Position numbers and translations under genes: made by a program. This document shows, in pieces, positions 1 to 14,247 of a DNA stretch of 64,000 nucleotides. Position 1 is the stretch's first letter. Each line of letters starts with the position of its first letter. The stretch is from positions 23,126,001-23,190,000 of the forward strand of contig CM059447.1 in the NCBI GenBank assembly GCA_030390025.1, written 5' to 3'. The notes below the pieces were generated by a model that was given only the letters and a program-made list of their open reading frames with translations, made no database searches and had not been told where the DNA came from. Source of the DNA: Squalus acanthias (taxonomy: Eukaryota).

Positions 1-1129
1 TAAAACCAATTCTCAACTTTAATTGCAAAAGCGTCCACATATCTCATGTAGCATTGTTATTCTAAGTTTCCTCCTCACTTCCACCAAACATAAACTTGCA
101 ATGAACGCAGATAATTTAAGGCTTTTGCTGTCCCTTCCTGATTTAGTACTAGGTCCTGGGGCCAGTCATCTAGCTGATCAGTTGGCAGGTTATTAGCAGC
201 TCTCACTCAACCAGAGCAAGCTTAAATACTGCATTCCTCCCAAAAAAAGGTTTTACCATAGATGGAGAGATAGAGAAATAGAGCAACAATGAAGTACATT
301 TTGCACAGATGCATTTAACCAAATGGAGGAAACATACACCTTAGTACAGAGACTGAACAATTCAAATGGTACTTTAAGACTGTATTGCCACAAATATTGA
401 TGGGTACAAGCAAGATCCATTTAAAACCAATCCAAAAAATGTTTTGTTTCCTGATCCAAATCCATCCCAAAATATCACTCCATGTATATGCTGAATAAAA
501 TGGAATTTCCTACAAGTCCCCAATTGTTCCCAATGGGACTGGACATCCTGTGATGACCAGAGATTAATCCAAACAGCTACCCTGGCCATGAACTCTCAGT
601 AAATGAATAATGATTTTTTTTTTTAAACCTGAACAGATGGACAAGCTGTTAGAACAATTGTTCATGCACCTTTTCAACTCAGACACTGATCTAATTATCC
701 TAACCATTCATCATCCTGCATTCAAGTTATGGCATAATTATAGCCAGATAGTACTATAGTATACCTTGGTGTTGTAGTGAAATTGTTCAAAGTTGAATTG
801 CAATTATATTCTCAAAAGAATTTTTAAAAATGGTTTGGAGGTGAAGATGGGAAGAAAGAAGGTTAAAAAGTAGCTTCATCAAAATACCATTATGGTGCTC
901 CAAGGGAGCCATCAAAAAATATTTAGGAAGGTTTGTAAGGTTTGAGAAAGGGAAACAATTATTTAGATCTTAAACCCTCCCCAGTTGGACTGATGTAAAT
1001 AATCACTCAGATCCTCAGGTTTTTTTTGCCCAACTAGCAGCTACAATTTAAAAGAATGACCAGCAAAAGCTCTTCAGCATACTGGTGACCTCCTTAAAAT
1101 TCTAAGTTCTTAACACTTAAGTTTGACCC

Positions 1130-1590
1130 CCTACCCTACAAACTCAAGATCATCCAGAATGTCACCCTCCACAGTATATCCATACAAAATCCCATTCATC
1201 AACCTAACTGTCCTTGCTGACCTCCAATGGTTCCCAGTCCCCCTCTACAGATCCCTCCACCCTACTTCTGTCAACTCCACCAGCCCAACATCCCTGCTTG
1301 CATCTTCTATTCTTCTAATTCATGCCTGCTGCATATTTCCCCCTCGTTCTGCTCCACAATTGGTGGCAGTACCCGAGCTGTCTTGCTCCCATTTCTTTCT
1401 CCTTTACCTTTACAGCTTACTCTACTTTTTCCATCATTGTCAAAAGCCTCCTTAAAGCCTTCCTCTTCAATCATGCCTTTAGCAATCTCCTCTAATTTTT
1501 CCTATTTCTGCTCAGATCTGAAACTGTGAAGCACTTTGGGGTGTTCTGCTACATTAAAAGGTGCATTATAAATGTAACCTGTAGTTGTTC
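1130..1590 (+). mobile_element. Degenerate L2 LINE 3' end
   Basis: 'VLADLQWFPV' L2-like C-terminal remnant, followed by the tail tgtgaagcactttggg...aaaggtgcattataaatgtaa. Confidence 0.65.
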
Positions 1591-2507
1591 AGTGCTATAC
1601 ATGATAATGTGGATTGCTGCCTGTAATCATTTTTTTTGAATGGGGAAAAAGCAAATTTCTAATACGCAATGTCGTAATGCAATTCCAGATCAACTAAAAT
1701 GTTTAAGAAATGGCTTTATACAAATACAGTATACAAACTCACCATCATTTGCAAACAGAAAGTCGTGCAATTTTTTATAAACCTTTTGATAAACAGTAGT
1801 GTATCTCAAAATTATTTGACTCCAGTCATGAAACACATGCAAGGTTTGTATTTCTTTGTAAGAAAGATTTGTTTTCTAACCTTCCGTCTCAATGTGCCAA
1901 GCACTATTCTGCCCAAAAGCAGACAGACAACCTGATCCCAGGCCTCCACTGCGAAACTATCCAATAAAAATGCATTGGCACAGACAATATGTCTCTCCCC
2001 ATTACATAGAAGCTACAGCATTTAAAATTTGCTTTAAATAAAAGTTTTTTTTTTAAAAAGGGGGCACTGGGAAACGGCATTATTTTTATTAAAGGTTTGC
2101 AGCTACAGAAAGCTGCCATAAGCAGGCATCAGGGCTGAACTGGGCCTCCATAAGGTTATTTTTAAAAAGCTTCCAACACTAAAACATTTAAAGGTCAACT
2201 GGACAGTGTTCAGATTTCCAGCCAGCGTTCAGAGAAACCAGCAGACTGCCATCCAGTGGTCAGAAGCCTGCAACTACATCAAAACAATATTGACACAGGC
2301 ATTTTCTATTTCAAATTGTTTCCATTATAATTGTTGACATAAAAAGAGACAAAAAATCTTGACAACAGTAACTGAGGTTTGTGGACAGGAAGTGTTGCAT
2401 CCGATGCAAATATATCCAAGTGCCAAAACTACAAAGAAAGGCAGCTATTTTATGCTGGTTTCTTCTAACCTGCAGCCCGAAATTTACAAGTACCTTGCCA
2501 GACCAGT

Positions 2508-2645
2508 ATTTAAGTGCATGAGGGAGAAAGGAATAGAAGGATCTGTTGATAGATGAAGTAGGGTGGGGGGAGGATCATGTGGAGCACAAACACCACCATA
2601 GACCTGTTGGGCCAAATGGCCTGTTTCTGTGCTGTAAAATCCTAC
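2508..2645 (+). mobile_element. CR1 LINE 3' UTR fragment
   Basis: taagtgcatgagggagaaaggaatagaagg...gggccaaatggcctgtttctgtgctgta, same tail as the copies at 37.5 and 63.4 kb. Confidence 0.8.
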
Positions 2646-2649
2646 GTAA

Positions 2650-3640
2650 TTACACTACTGTACTGAGCACAGCAAGGCTTAAATAAAAAAGTTGGGTTTT
2701 GAGATAGTGTATGAAAGACTTTAAGCTCACCCAGAGGTGGTGATTTTAAATCAAATGATGGCAGGCTGCGAGATGAATTCAATAAATCTGTAATTTGCAC
2801 CAGTAAAAATGGACATGAAAGCTTGTAAAAACCCAACAGTTCCACAATGCCTTTCAGGGAAGGAAATATGCAATGTTTCCCAAAGAGGAAACTGGGCTTT
2901 TTGAAGACAGCTGAGCAACACACGTGGGAGTCCCACTTAAGACCAGCGAAGACACGAAGATCAAGATTATCAATAGATAGGGGAGGTCCAAGGGTGCAGC
3001 CATTCAAGGCAAGAGGCAATAGTTAGACAGAGAAAAACCACAAAGAAACTGCATCGTTGAAGACCTGGATCATATTTTCAGTGCTCCTTTCAAGAGTATG
3101 GAGATGATCAAAATGTAGTGTTTCAGGCATTGTTGCAATACAGGACCCGAAGTTATGAGCATTGAGGGATAGAATCTGTAGAAACTTAATTAATGCAAGG
3201 TGGATAGGATTGGATGACAACTGGACAAGATCGTTGATGTGATGAAGGAACCAAGTAGGAGAGAGCAAGAGTCTGAATGAGCCCAAGTTAATACTCATGA
3301 GAGGAGGTGTCAAATATACTGCACATTGGTGGCAACTCGTTCAGAAGTACATGCGCCGCTCCAATGCCCCTGGAGATGTCCACGACAATGGCCGATTATG
3401 CACCAAAGTTTTCAAGAGCACAGTTGAAGCTTTGTAAGAGTTAAAGATCACCAATGGAACAGCTATGCTGAAAACCATACTGGTGATTATAGATTGGGCT
3501 AAACCGTTCAGGATGATGGACAACAGGGAAGTCGTTTGAATGCGATAAAAGAGTGCCTTCGTTTGGATAAGGTGAACGAGTAAATTTTGAACAAGTAGTG
3601 GGCAGAGTAAAAAAATTAAAAGACCACATTTAGTCAACAA
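2650..3640 (-). mobile_element. Old frameshifted non-LTR retrotransposon reverse transcriptase
   Basis: RT motifs in the correct order across frames: HQYGFQHSCSIGDL, VDISRG, LSPTWFLHHINDL, LKWDSHV, LLGFYK. Confidence 0.7.
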
Positions 3641-4993
3641 AAATAAATGCATTATCCTTAATATAAACAGATACAAATTTTATAAAACTAAATAAGATTT
3701 AAATATCTGTCTTTCTGCAATTTTTATAGTGCTTAAACCCAAATGCAGTGCCCACACCGATGGCAAAGTAAACAAACATTTTTGAATCTGTTTGCACTTT
3801 GAAGTGCCAACGACATGAACCATCTGATGGGCATTGTACAGGAATGGAAACAGTTAATAAACTACTCCTTACTCGAGCACAATTAAGAGAGCCATGACTC
3901 TAATCCTAAAACATTGACCGTAGTATTTTCAGTGCAACTCAATTAATACAAAATGCATCACCGCAAACCTTAAAATAAGACCAAAACAAAACTCTCAGAC
4001 CTGGGCACATACATTGTGAGAATGATGTTCTTGGTCATGCCTCAAAGTCTTCCACTGCCTTCATCAGCTGGACTAAAATCACATTGCCTTTGTACAGCAA
4101 AACAAAATACAAACTATGACCCCATTTGTTGTCAGTGGCAACCTTGTGAAAGCTCCACCTTCTTTAGCAGAACATGTAGTTTGGTGTCACGATTACATGA
4201 ATGAAGGTCTCATCTGATATACTTTTATGATACAATTTGCATTTTAGCATTACTTACTTTAGCATTACTTACTCTATGATGAGTCCCCAGCAGGTGTTAC
4301 GGAATGCTTTAGATACTAATCTGTACCGATATGAATTACCATTTCAAGCTGTAAATTATTCATTTTATAAGTGTTTTTACCTTACACGTATTAGCTTTTA
4401 TACATGTGTGCACACATACTTTACAAGCAGCAAAATCTAGGAAATATTTCTGATGGGGATATAAACAGCTGATGAGTCAAGGTTAATTTGTTATGACACT
4501 GTTACTTTCCACAAATCTATGAAATCAAAATACTAACATTTTCCAGTAAGTAATCAGAAGTAAACTGGTTAGAAAAAAGTACCTAAATTCAACTCAAAAA
4601 ATTACATAAAATTAAAATAATCTGTGCCTGAAATTATCTACAGACTAGTGTAATTTACCTTAACTTACAATCTAAAATGCAGCAGCTGTATATCCCCACT
4701 CTGACATCTTCAAACTGTGATTTTTTTTCTTAAATAAATACATTACAGCTCAATTATTATGCAAATTCAGAATCCAGGTTGTACTGAAAGTTATAAAAAA
4801 TGATCTTGCACAAACTAATAAGGCAAAACTATGCCTTATTTAGTAGATATGAAAACGCCAGCAAGTTTGAGATGGGGAGAAGGTATCACTGAGCATTAGA
4901 AGGTATCACTGAGGACTAATATCTGGAACCATGAAGTAGGAGCAGATGTAGGTTAGAGTCCTTCTCAGTTCAATTTATGATTTCAGACAAGTC

Positions 4994-5628
4994 AAATCTA
5001 CATAGAAGGTACACAATAGGTTGCTGTGATCTGAGGCTAATTAGCTAGTGTGCATGCCCTGAAGTAGAAGACTTCTCCGTTCAGGAGGAAGGGAAAATTC
5101 AAGGAAACAATTATACCTAGGCAATACCTGGCAAATAGCTATAAGGGGCATCAGTAAGGACCTGATAGAAGGCAGTGCATCTGCCTGCCTGCTTGGTTCA
5201 AAAGTCTCAGGTCAGACAAATGAAGGAGATAAACTGCCTGGAGGTGGAAGGAAAGAGGGAGTCTACTTCCCCAGAAAACACCCATTAGAAAAGTAAAAAA
5301 CACTAGGAAGATAATTCTTCAAATACATAACATGCATTATTCAGTATAGTCCAAGTAGAGCATAAAACAATTGATTTCCAGCAAATTATGAACACAATGC
5401 ATTACATGCTACTTCGCCATTGACTGCATTTTAACCAGTCTTCCATCCCAACTATTTTGCACCCTATTCGACACTGTAAAAATGCCTCGATTTTTCCTTC
5501 AATTGCATACTGTTATTCCCATCAGGAGAATGAGATGTTCCCTGGTGTCTTCTACTACTTCAGGGCATGCACACTAGCTAATTAGCCTCAAATCACAGCA
5601 ACCTATTGCGTACCTTCAATGTAGATTT
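4994..5628. repeat. Inverted repeat, arms of about 80 bp (4994-5072 and 5547-5628)
   Basis: Arms are reverse complements apart from 3 substitutions and a 3-nt indel. Confidence 0.9.
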
Positions 5629-7574
5629 ACACATTTCTATAACAAGGCTATTATTGTTCTAATCAAATAGCAAGTAACTCCTCTACAACCACACGCATGA
5701 GAGAGTGAAAATAAATACAAAACTTGTGAAGTCTGTTTACTTCACATATAATTAACATATTTAATCCCTGTAAACTTGGATTTAAAGACAAAAAGCGAGC
5801 CTGTTTCTAGATACAAAGACAGCATTTTGTGTGTATGACTGGCTAAAAATTGTAAAACCCGAAGCTGTTATTTGACATTTACAAATGGGGTAATTCCCTG
5901 CAAAATTTATTCCGAACAAAACAATTCATACAACTAACTTGGGTTCACTGCAAGGAACAGAGGGAAAAGTGATCTCTGCAACAGATCTGATTGAAAGTAA
6001 ATTAGAGGTGCAGGTTTGACACCAATTTCTTTTATTTGACTTCATTACCTTAAATCTTCAATTGCGTAGTGATTTTTTTAATATACAATTGAAGACCTTT
6101 TTCCTCTTAAAGCATCAGAGCTCAAGCAACTGGCACGTAATGGCTGTTCTGTCCCTCCCATCGCTGTTAAGTGCTTATGTAAAAGTATGTAGATTGGGCT
6201 AGTGTCAATACAGTGCATCCTGATCACTTCTACAGTCTTGTTCCATTTATATTAACTCAGCCAAACTTCTAATTTCAGCTTATATCATTTCTGAAACAAG
6301 TGTAACTGTGACTGATCTTTTATCTGCTATTCTGGCAGCTTGTTACGGGATGTCAGTTCAGCAGAGCTGGAGGCCCCAGTGTAAATCTCAAAAGGGAGCC
6401 AACACAGCACTCACACAGGAAACAGCATTCTGGTTCTCTCCCTCAGAAGGCCTCATTAAAAAATGGCGCATAGGTACGTGGAAGCTGGTGTCATTTTACA
6501 GTCTGTCTTCAAGCACTATAGATCTAGAAAAGCTGACTGCTGCCCAATTCTCATGGTAAAAATAATACAGCTGCTTTGTCGGTCTTGGCATGAAGAGGCA
6601 ATGGAAATGACAGATCTGATACTTTACCACTTTTAAAATTATACCAAAAAACAGTTTAAAAATTACAAGGATACAGGGCTGTCAAGTATGAATTCCCAGC
6701 AAAGTCTGGAATATTTCCAGGCACTGTTACTTCAATTAAGGAGCAAACTGTCAGCCAAGCTTCTATTAAAAGCTTATGAATCATTTGGTGTACTTCTAAC
6801 AAAATAACTTACTGATCTAACAGGTAACCTGAAACTTATCTCAATACAATACTTTCTAGAACAGCAGCCAACACTATAAAACAATCCTGACATTTGCTTC
6901 GGCATTAGAAATCCATATGAAACAGTCACCTCTCATTGCCACAAGAGTCCACCTGGCTCCACTTGTTATTCAGCAAGCTAAATAACCTTGCACTTCAAAT
7001 ACTTTTCAAATAGGTAATGTTCACATACCTCCCCCACAAGTTGAGTGGCAAAGAGAGTAGTAGGGGATAGGCACATAAATGAAAGTAATTCAAAATCCAA
7101 GGCTCAAGAAATTACAAATAGGAACTCCAACAGCGCAAAATTTGCTAATTTTCCCCCCATAATGCACTACATAGCAAAGCTCTCATAAAACAATTCAAAT
7201 TCCTGAGCAAGTCAGTTAACACTGCCCCACAAGGACTTGTTTTACCTGTTCCATTATCTTTATTTGGAAGCATTACATGCAGGAGCAATTTATTAACCAA
7301 CACTTCATAGAATACCACTTCTGCAAACATCCAATGCAGTGAACAGATAACGTGACAATTTGCGATTCATTTTGCCGCTTGCCTGTAAAATAACTGATTC
7401 GCCACCATTTCAATGGTATGAAGGTTTCTGGCTGCCATTTTTTACATTAGTTTAACTTGTGACATCACAAGCTAACCACTATTACGTGTTTACTTTCCAC
7501 TAAATCACACTGTGCAGCATGCAAATATTTTTGAATTTAAAAAAAAAGTGCATATAATTAAATTTCCACCATCT

Positions 7575-8180
7575 CCAAGGCTCAAGTTGGGGATATGCTG
7601 GAATACCCACCACGTGCCTGGATGGATGTAGCAACACCACTCAAGAAGCTCAACAGCATCCAGAACAGAGCAGTTAATTTGATCGGTACCCCTGACTGAA
7701 TATCCACCCCCTCCACCACCGGCGCACTGCAGCTGCAGTATGTACAATCTGCATTACAACATTGACTATACTTGAAAAGTATTTCATTGGCTGAGAAGCG
7801 CTTTGGGACGTCCTGAGGTCGTCGACGGTGCTATATAATTTCATTCTTGACAGGATGCACTGCAGCAACTCACTAAGGTTTCTTCAACAGCGCCTCCCTC
7901 CCCTGCAACCTCTACAATGAGCAAGACAAAAGCAGAAATCTTGTGGGAATACCATCACTTCCAAGTTCCCAACCAAGTCACACGCCATCCTGAGTTAGAC
8001 ATATTTACCCTTTCTTCATCGTTGCTGAATCAACATCCTGGAATTCGCTATCTAATATCATGGTAGGACCACTGTCACCACAAAGACTGCAGTGATTCAA
8101 GGAAAAAGCCCATCAACACCTCCTCAGGGCAACTAGGGATCGGCAATAACAGCAGCCTTGCCATCCTGAGAACTAATTTT
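7575..8180 (+). mobile_element. LINE 3' remnant with a nested SINE tail at about 7751-7848
   Basis: aagctcaacagcatccagaacagagcag...ctccaccaccggcgcact... and a gggcaactagggat tail. Interrupted by a tail like that of the SINE at 26.7 kb. Confidence 0.65.
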
Positions 8181-8319
8181 TAAAATTGGCCAGAAGAATG
8201 CCATACAAGTTTACTGGGATAATTAAAAACCTAAATTGAGATGTGATCAAGACAATGAATCTTATTTTGTAATTTATCTGAAAGATTAAAGGTTAGATTC
8301 CGAATGGCATCCACATCAG

Positions 8320-9416
8320 TAAGAGGGATTCCCCTCTACCGTGGTTGACATGGCCCTCGACCGTGTCCGTTCCATCTCCCGCACTTCTGCCCTCACCCCT
8401 GCCCCTCCCTCCCGGAACCACGATAGAGTTCCCCTTGTCCTCACCTTTCACCCCTCCAGCCTCCACATTCAACGGATCATCCTCCGCCATTTCCGCCACC
8501 TCCAACGTGATCCCACCACCAAACGTATCTTCCCCTCACCTCCCCTTTCAGCATTCCGTAGAGACCGCTCCCTCCGAGACACCCTAGTCCACTCCTCTAT
8601 CACCCCCAGCACCCCTTCCCCTTCCCCCGGCACCTTCCCGTGCAAGCGCAGGAGATGCAACACCTGCCCTTATACCTCCCCCCTTCCCACTCTCCAGGGC
8701 CCCAAACACCCCTTCCAGGTGAAACAGCGATTTACTTGTACTTCTTGCAATCTAGTATACTGTATTCGCTGCTCACGATGTGGACTCATCTACATTGGGG
8801 AGACCAAACGCAGATTGGGTGACCGCTCTGCGGAACACCTCCGTTCAGTCGGTAAGGGTGACCCCGAGCTTCCGGACACCTGTCATTGTAATTCACCATC
8901 TTCGGCCGCTTGCATTGTTCCACGGAAGCTCAGCGTAAGCTCGAGGAACAGCACGTCATCTTCCGATTAGTCACTTTACAGCCTTCCGGACACAATATCG
9001 CGTTCAACACTTTCGGATCATCACCGTCGGTCGCCCGCCCATCCATCATATTTATATTTATATATATTTTATTTATTTTTTCCCCCTTTCTTTTCTCTCT
9101 CCCACATAGCAGCTGTCTTTCATTCTGCCAGCTCATTTCACACTTCGAGCCATCTTTGTTTGTTTCTTAACCTGTCCTATTACCATCTCGTCTCGCCTGG
9201 AGTATCTCTTAATGTCTCTTTACTTCTCACGTACCTTCCCTTTTGTTCTTTTATTCCCTCCCCCAGCCTCCAAACTTGCTTTTTCATCTGTTTCATTTCC
9301 TGCTTTTTTCTCAGTTCTGACGAAGGGTCTTCGACCTGAAACGTTAACTCTGTTTCTCTCTCCACGAATGTTGCCTGGCCTGCTGAGTTTTTCCAGCGCT
9401 TTCTGTTGTTATTTCA
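8320..9416 (+). mobile_element. Penelope-like element (Neptune type), 5'-truncated, with GIY-YIG endonuclease region and 3' repeat
   Basis: ORF 8341-8970 contains the Cys linker CKRRRCNTC and LVYCIRCSRCGLIYIGETKRRLGDRSAEHL (GIY-YIG). Hammerhead motif in the 3' part. Confidence 0.9.
9313..9349 (+). ncRNA. Minimal type I hammerhead ribozyme motif in the Penelope element
   Basis: AGTT-CTGACGA-AG-GGTC-TTC-GACC-T-GAAAC-GTT-AACT: stem I AGTT/AACT, core CUGANGA and GAAA, palindromic ACGT stem III, GUU site. Confidence 0.75.
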
Positions 9417-11134
9417 GTAAGATACTTCATACATTCATTCAAACAAAAAGAATGCAACTTCTCAGTTTGGTATAAATGTATTTTGAAGTTATCTGAAACT
9501 ACCAGAAAGGTAGACAAGGACGCTCAAACAAGAATGTTCATAAAGGGAAAAAAATGCTAGGATTAATGAACAAAATATAAAAGGAAATATGGCAAGTTCA
9601 TTGGTCAGTTGTAAAACACCATCAATTGAGAGCCAAGAAGCCAGTCAGCAGGAGTAAAACTTATATGAACTGTTAATTGGTATGTTATAAATGTAGTACA
9701 GAAATCAGTTATTGATATAAAGAGCTGTTTAAAGACCAGTTGGCTCAAACTGGTATGGGATTAACAAATTGCACTATGTGGGAGAAAGGTAAACACATCA
9801 ATTCAGGTCACCGAAGGGATGTAGGTGTAAAGAAAAGACTGAAGCGAAAAGGGAATCGGAGACACAAAACAAAAACAAACAAAAAAATTAGTAAACATTT
9901 CCAATAATTCACAGAGAGGGAAACCATTCATTAATATTGGTGGCCTGGGCTGAATTCAAATGCACTATTTCATAGCTTCAATGCACTGGGAAAAAGAGTT
10001 GTTGCTGCCCAGACTTTTTTGAGATCAAGATAACATACAAAGTTATAAGCAAATACTGTGAATGGATTTTTTTTTAAATCCTCAAGCTGATCTCGTAAGT
10101 CTATTCTACTACATGTGACATGCAATGTTCATTCAAGAAACACCAATGACACCACAGTAATAAAAACAGAGATTTCTTTGCTCTTAACACAGCCCAGATT
10201 TTCCACTGGATTGAAGTCAAGAGAGCAAGTTAATTTATCTTTTTATAGCTATTTGTCAGATACTTGGCACACTATTCTGTAAATCTGGCAGCACAAACTG
10301 GGTAACATTTCTTCAATTAACAATCCATAACCTATTGTTTCACAACAATCATTGGCAAATCATGAATTTTTTGGCAATCAGAATTGATGACTTTCTTTGG
10401 GGAAAGAACTATAATAACTCCAAGCAGGATAAATCTGGTGACGTATGGCCTTACACTACACTAGTGCTCAACACAAATCAAATAAGCCAGCTTCTTCCGC
10501 TGGAAAGAACAGCAACGTTATTTGTGCAAAATGCATTCTGTGGTTGCCTCTAACCAAATACTATGATTTTGGAGGGACAAAATAAAGTAAGTTATGGCCA
10601 GATAACGTTATCCAGCAGCTATTTTGTTTCACTGAAATTTAGTGTACTACTTTAAATCATCTCTGCACTCATTGGCAAGCTTGTCTACCACCAGCAGCAA
10701 CTCTTTTTTTTAATCCCCAAGAGGATTAATGTTGGTTTTGTTTAGAACCTTTGGACATTTCAATTATCATCTTTCTGCCTCCTCATGCCAAACCAATTAA
10801 GGCCGATTAAGTATCTTTCTTGCAAGTGAACTTATAAACTAATAATCCATCTTCCTACAATAAAAGGGCTTTTGCTAATGGAAGAGTATGAATTTTTTGG
10901 GGTTTTTCTGTTTTTCATTAATAGTCACATATTCATTCTTCAAATAGGAGATAAAATACTCCCTGGACACAAAATTACAGAATCTGTGATATGTTGCTAA
11001 AAATAGAATGCTGCAAGGACAAGTTATGTTCAGAAATATTTAAAACTGAATAAGACACTCAGTGTTGAAGAAATATTTTTTTTAAAACAGGCAACTTCTG
11101 GTCAAATCATTCAAAACCAAAACTAAAATAAAGT

Positions 11135-12607
11135 TTTTGTGTGATATGTGGAACATTCTTTGTTCCAGTCCTACTCAGGTTCCCTCCCTCACCTCTTTTT
11201 CCTGGTACATTGATGACTATCGGTGCCACTTCTTGCTCTCACCCCAAACTAGAAAATGTCATCAACTTTGCTTTCAAATTTCCACTCCTCCCTCGCCTTC
11301 GCATGGTCCATCTCCAACTATTCCTTCCTTAACTTCTCTATCTCCATTTCTGGGGTAGGTTGTCAAACAATATCTACTATAAGCCCACTGACTCCCACAG
11401 CTATCTTGATTGTACTTCCTCCCACCCTGCTTTCTGTAAGGACTCTATTCCATTCTCCCAGTTTCTCTGTCAGCCACATCTGTTCTGACGATGCCACCTT
11501 CCACACCAATGCTTTCGATATGTCTTCCTTTTTCCTCAACCAAGCATTCCCCTCCACCATGATTCGCAGGACCCTCGACCGTGTCTGTCCCATTTCTCGT
11601 GCTTCTGCTCTCATGCCTTCCCCTCCCTTCCAGAACCACGATAGGGTTCCCCTTGTCCTCAACTTCCACCCCATCAGCCTCCACATTCAATGGATCATCC
11701 TCCACCATCTCCAGCACGATGCAACCACCAAACACATCTTCCCCAACACTATCAGCATTCCGAAGGGACCGTTCCATCCGCAACACCCTGGTCCACTCTT
11801 CCATCACCCCTAAAGCCTTCCCATGGCACCTTGCCATGCAAGCGTAGGAGATGCAACAACTGCTGTTTCACTTCCTCCCTTCCCACCGTCCAGGGCCCCA
11901 AACACTCCTTCCAGGTGAAACAGCGATTTACTTGTACTTCTTTGAATTGTACTTGCTGCTCACATTGCAGTTTCCTCTACAATGGGGAGACCGCAACGTA
12001 TATTGGGCGATTGCTTTGCTGAACATCTCCATTCAGTCCGTAATTGTGACCCTGAGCTTCCGGTCGCTTGCCATTTTAATTCACTGCCCCACTCCAACCT
12101 CTCTGTCCTCTGCCTCCTACATGAAGCTCAACGGAAGCTCGAGGTACAGCACCTCAGCTTTCTATTAGGCACTTTATAGCCTTCCGGACGAGTTCAACAA
12201 TTTCAGATCATAACCACCGCTCCCATTTCTTTGGACAGCAGGTGCTGGTAATGATTCTGCTGTTGCCATTTACACGTCCTCTAGGCCCATCTTTTGTTTC
12301 TTTACTGTCCCATTACCATCCCCTTTTGCCTTGCACCATCATCCCTTTTGTCATTTAATCACTTCTACCTTCCACGCTATCACACACCTTTCCTTTTGTT
12401 CTTTCCTCTCCTCCCCTCTTTCCCCCACCCCCTTTCCCTGCCTCTACTTGTTTAAAACCTGATACATCTTAAACATTTTCCAGTTCTGAGAAAAGGTCAT
12501 TGAGCTGAAATTTTAAACTCGATTTCTCTCTTCACAGATGCTGACCTGCGGAGTATTTCCAGCATTTTGTTTCTATTTCAGATTTCCAGCATCCACAGTA
12601 TTTTGCC
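11135..12607 (+). mobile_element. Second, older Penelope-like element with frameshifts and a degenerate hammerhead (about 12482-12519)
   Basis: Homologous to 8320-9416. 'SWYIDD' RT motif near 11.2 kb; NHDRVPLVL, CKRRRCNNC, FLYNGET. Ribozyme core mutated to ctgagaa...gaaatttt. Confidence 0.88.
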
Positions 12608-13030
12608 TAAAATAAAGTACTGCATTCACAACACCGTGATCAAAAACAAGATTTAAAACTTAAAAAAAGCCACAAGATTAAGATCAGTCAGTAGCAATAT
12701 GTTACAGTATCAGCAACAAATTGTCAAATATTACAAAAGGAAGTTGTGGCCTTGTGATCTTGCATTCCAAAACCTATGCCAGAAAGTGAATGCACGGGGA
12801 CATTGGGTGAAGACGGAATCAGATGACTAGTCTGCCGACACTCACTGTCATTGGATGTGAAGAATGGTCACGTGGGTAAGATACCAGAAGATCGAAACTA
12901 CTCTTGGAATCATTTCCTAGCAATTTCTTTACAGAGGCAGAAGTTTCACAAGCCTGATCCCAAGCAACTGTACAGCCAAAATTATAAGTGGGCTGCCACA
13001 AACCATTATCATAGCATGCAAGTCATTTAC

Positions 13031-13995
13031 TTCTAGACGAGGAAACTAGATGTAATATCTCCAAGTTTGCAGACGACACAACGCTGGGTGGGCGTGTGTG
13101 CTGTGAGGAGGATGCAGAGAATCTCCAGTATGATTTGGACAAGTTGGGTGATTGGGCAGATGCATGGCAGATGCAGTATAATGTGGATAAATGCGAGGTT
13201 AGCCACTTTGGTGGCAAAAAGAGGAAGGCAGATTATTATCTGAACGGCAATAGATTGGGAAAAGGGGAAGTGCAACGAAACCTAGGAGTCCTTGTGCACC
13301 AGTCGTTGAAGGTAAGCATGCAGGTGCAGCAGGCGGTTAAGAAGGCAAATGGTATGTTGGCCTTCATAGCCAGAGGATTCGAGTACCAGAGCAAGGATGT
13401 CTTGCTGCAGTTGTACAGGGCCTTGGTGAGACCACACCTTGAGTACTGTGTGCAGTTTTGGTCGCCTTATCTGAGGAAGGATGTTCTTGCCATGGAGGGA
13501 GTGCAGCGAAGATTCACCAGACTGATACCTGGGATGGCAGGAATGACGTATGAAGAGAGATTGGGACGATTGGGCTTGTATTCGCTAGAGTTTAGAAGAA
13601 TGAGCAGGGATCTCATTGAAACTTATAAAATTCTAACAGGACTAGACAGACTAGATGCAGGAAGGATGTTCCCGATGGTGGGGGAGTCCAGAACCAGGGG
13701 TCACAGTCTAAGGATAAGGGGTAAGCCATTTAGGACTGAGATGAGGAAGAATTTCTTCACCCAGAGAGTGGTGAACCTATGGAATTCTCTACCACAGAAG
13801 GCAGTTGAGGCCAATTCATGAAATATATTCAAGAAGGAGTTAGATATATTTCTTAAGGCTAAAGGGATCAAGGGATATGGGGAGAAAGCAGGGACAGGGT
13901 ACTGAATTTGGATGATCAGCCATGATCTCACTAAATGGCGGAGCAGGCTCGAGGGGCCGAATGGCCTACTCCTGCTCCTTTCTTCTATGTTTCTA
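13031..13995 (+). mobile_element. Young 5'-truncated CR1 (HER1-like) LINE: RT C-terminus and 3' UTR
   Basis: SKFADDT motif, open 241-aa ORF 13096-13821 (LVRPHLEYCVQFWSP, FFTQRVVNLWNSLP), and a ttctatgt tail. Confidence 0.95.
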
Positions 13996-14247
13996 CATAA
14001 AGTTCTATATTTCAGTCAATAATGCAAGTTTTCAATGTTGCTCTTCAGGTAGCACCAGCAAAAATATTTATAAAAGGAGCACTACATTCTACTTTTATCA
14101 AATAGATTATACAACCAAGATGTATATGCTAGTGCCAATGTAAACACACTGAAGTCTCACTCTATTTCAGCAAGAGTGTGGATTCACCAGTTACCTATTT
14201 GCAATGGAATCCCGCAACAGAAAATTTTAAAAGCATCAACAAACTAT

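Noticed and set aside
4240-4275. Short tandem duplications (here and at about 43449-43492)
   Set aside because: Ordinary 15-22 bp slippage duplications with no further structure.
13096-13821. 241-aa ORF as a host gene
   Set aside because: It is the C-terminus of a 5'-truncated CR1 ORF2 with its own 3' tail.
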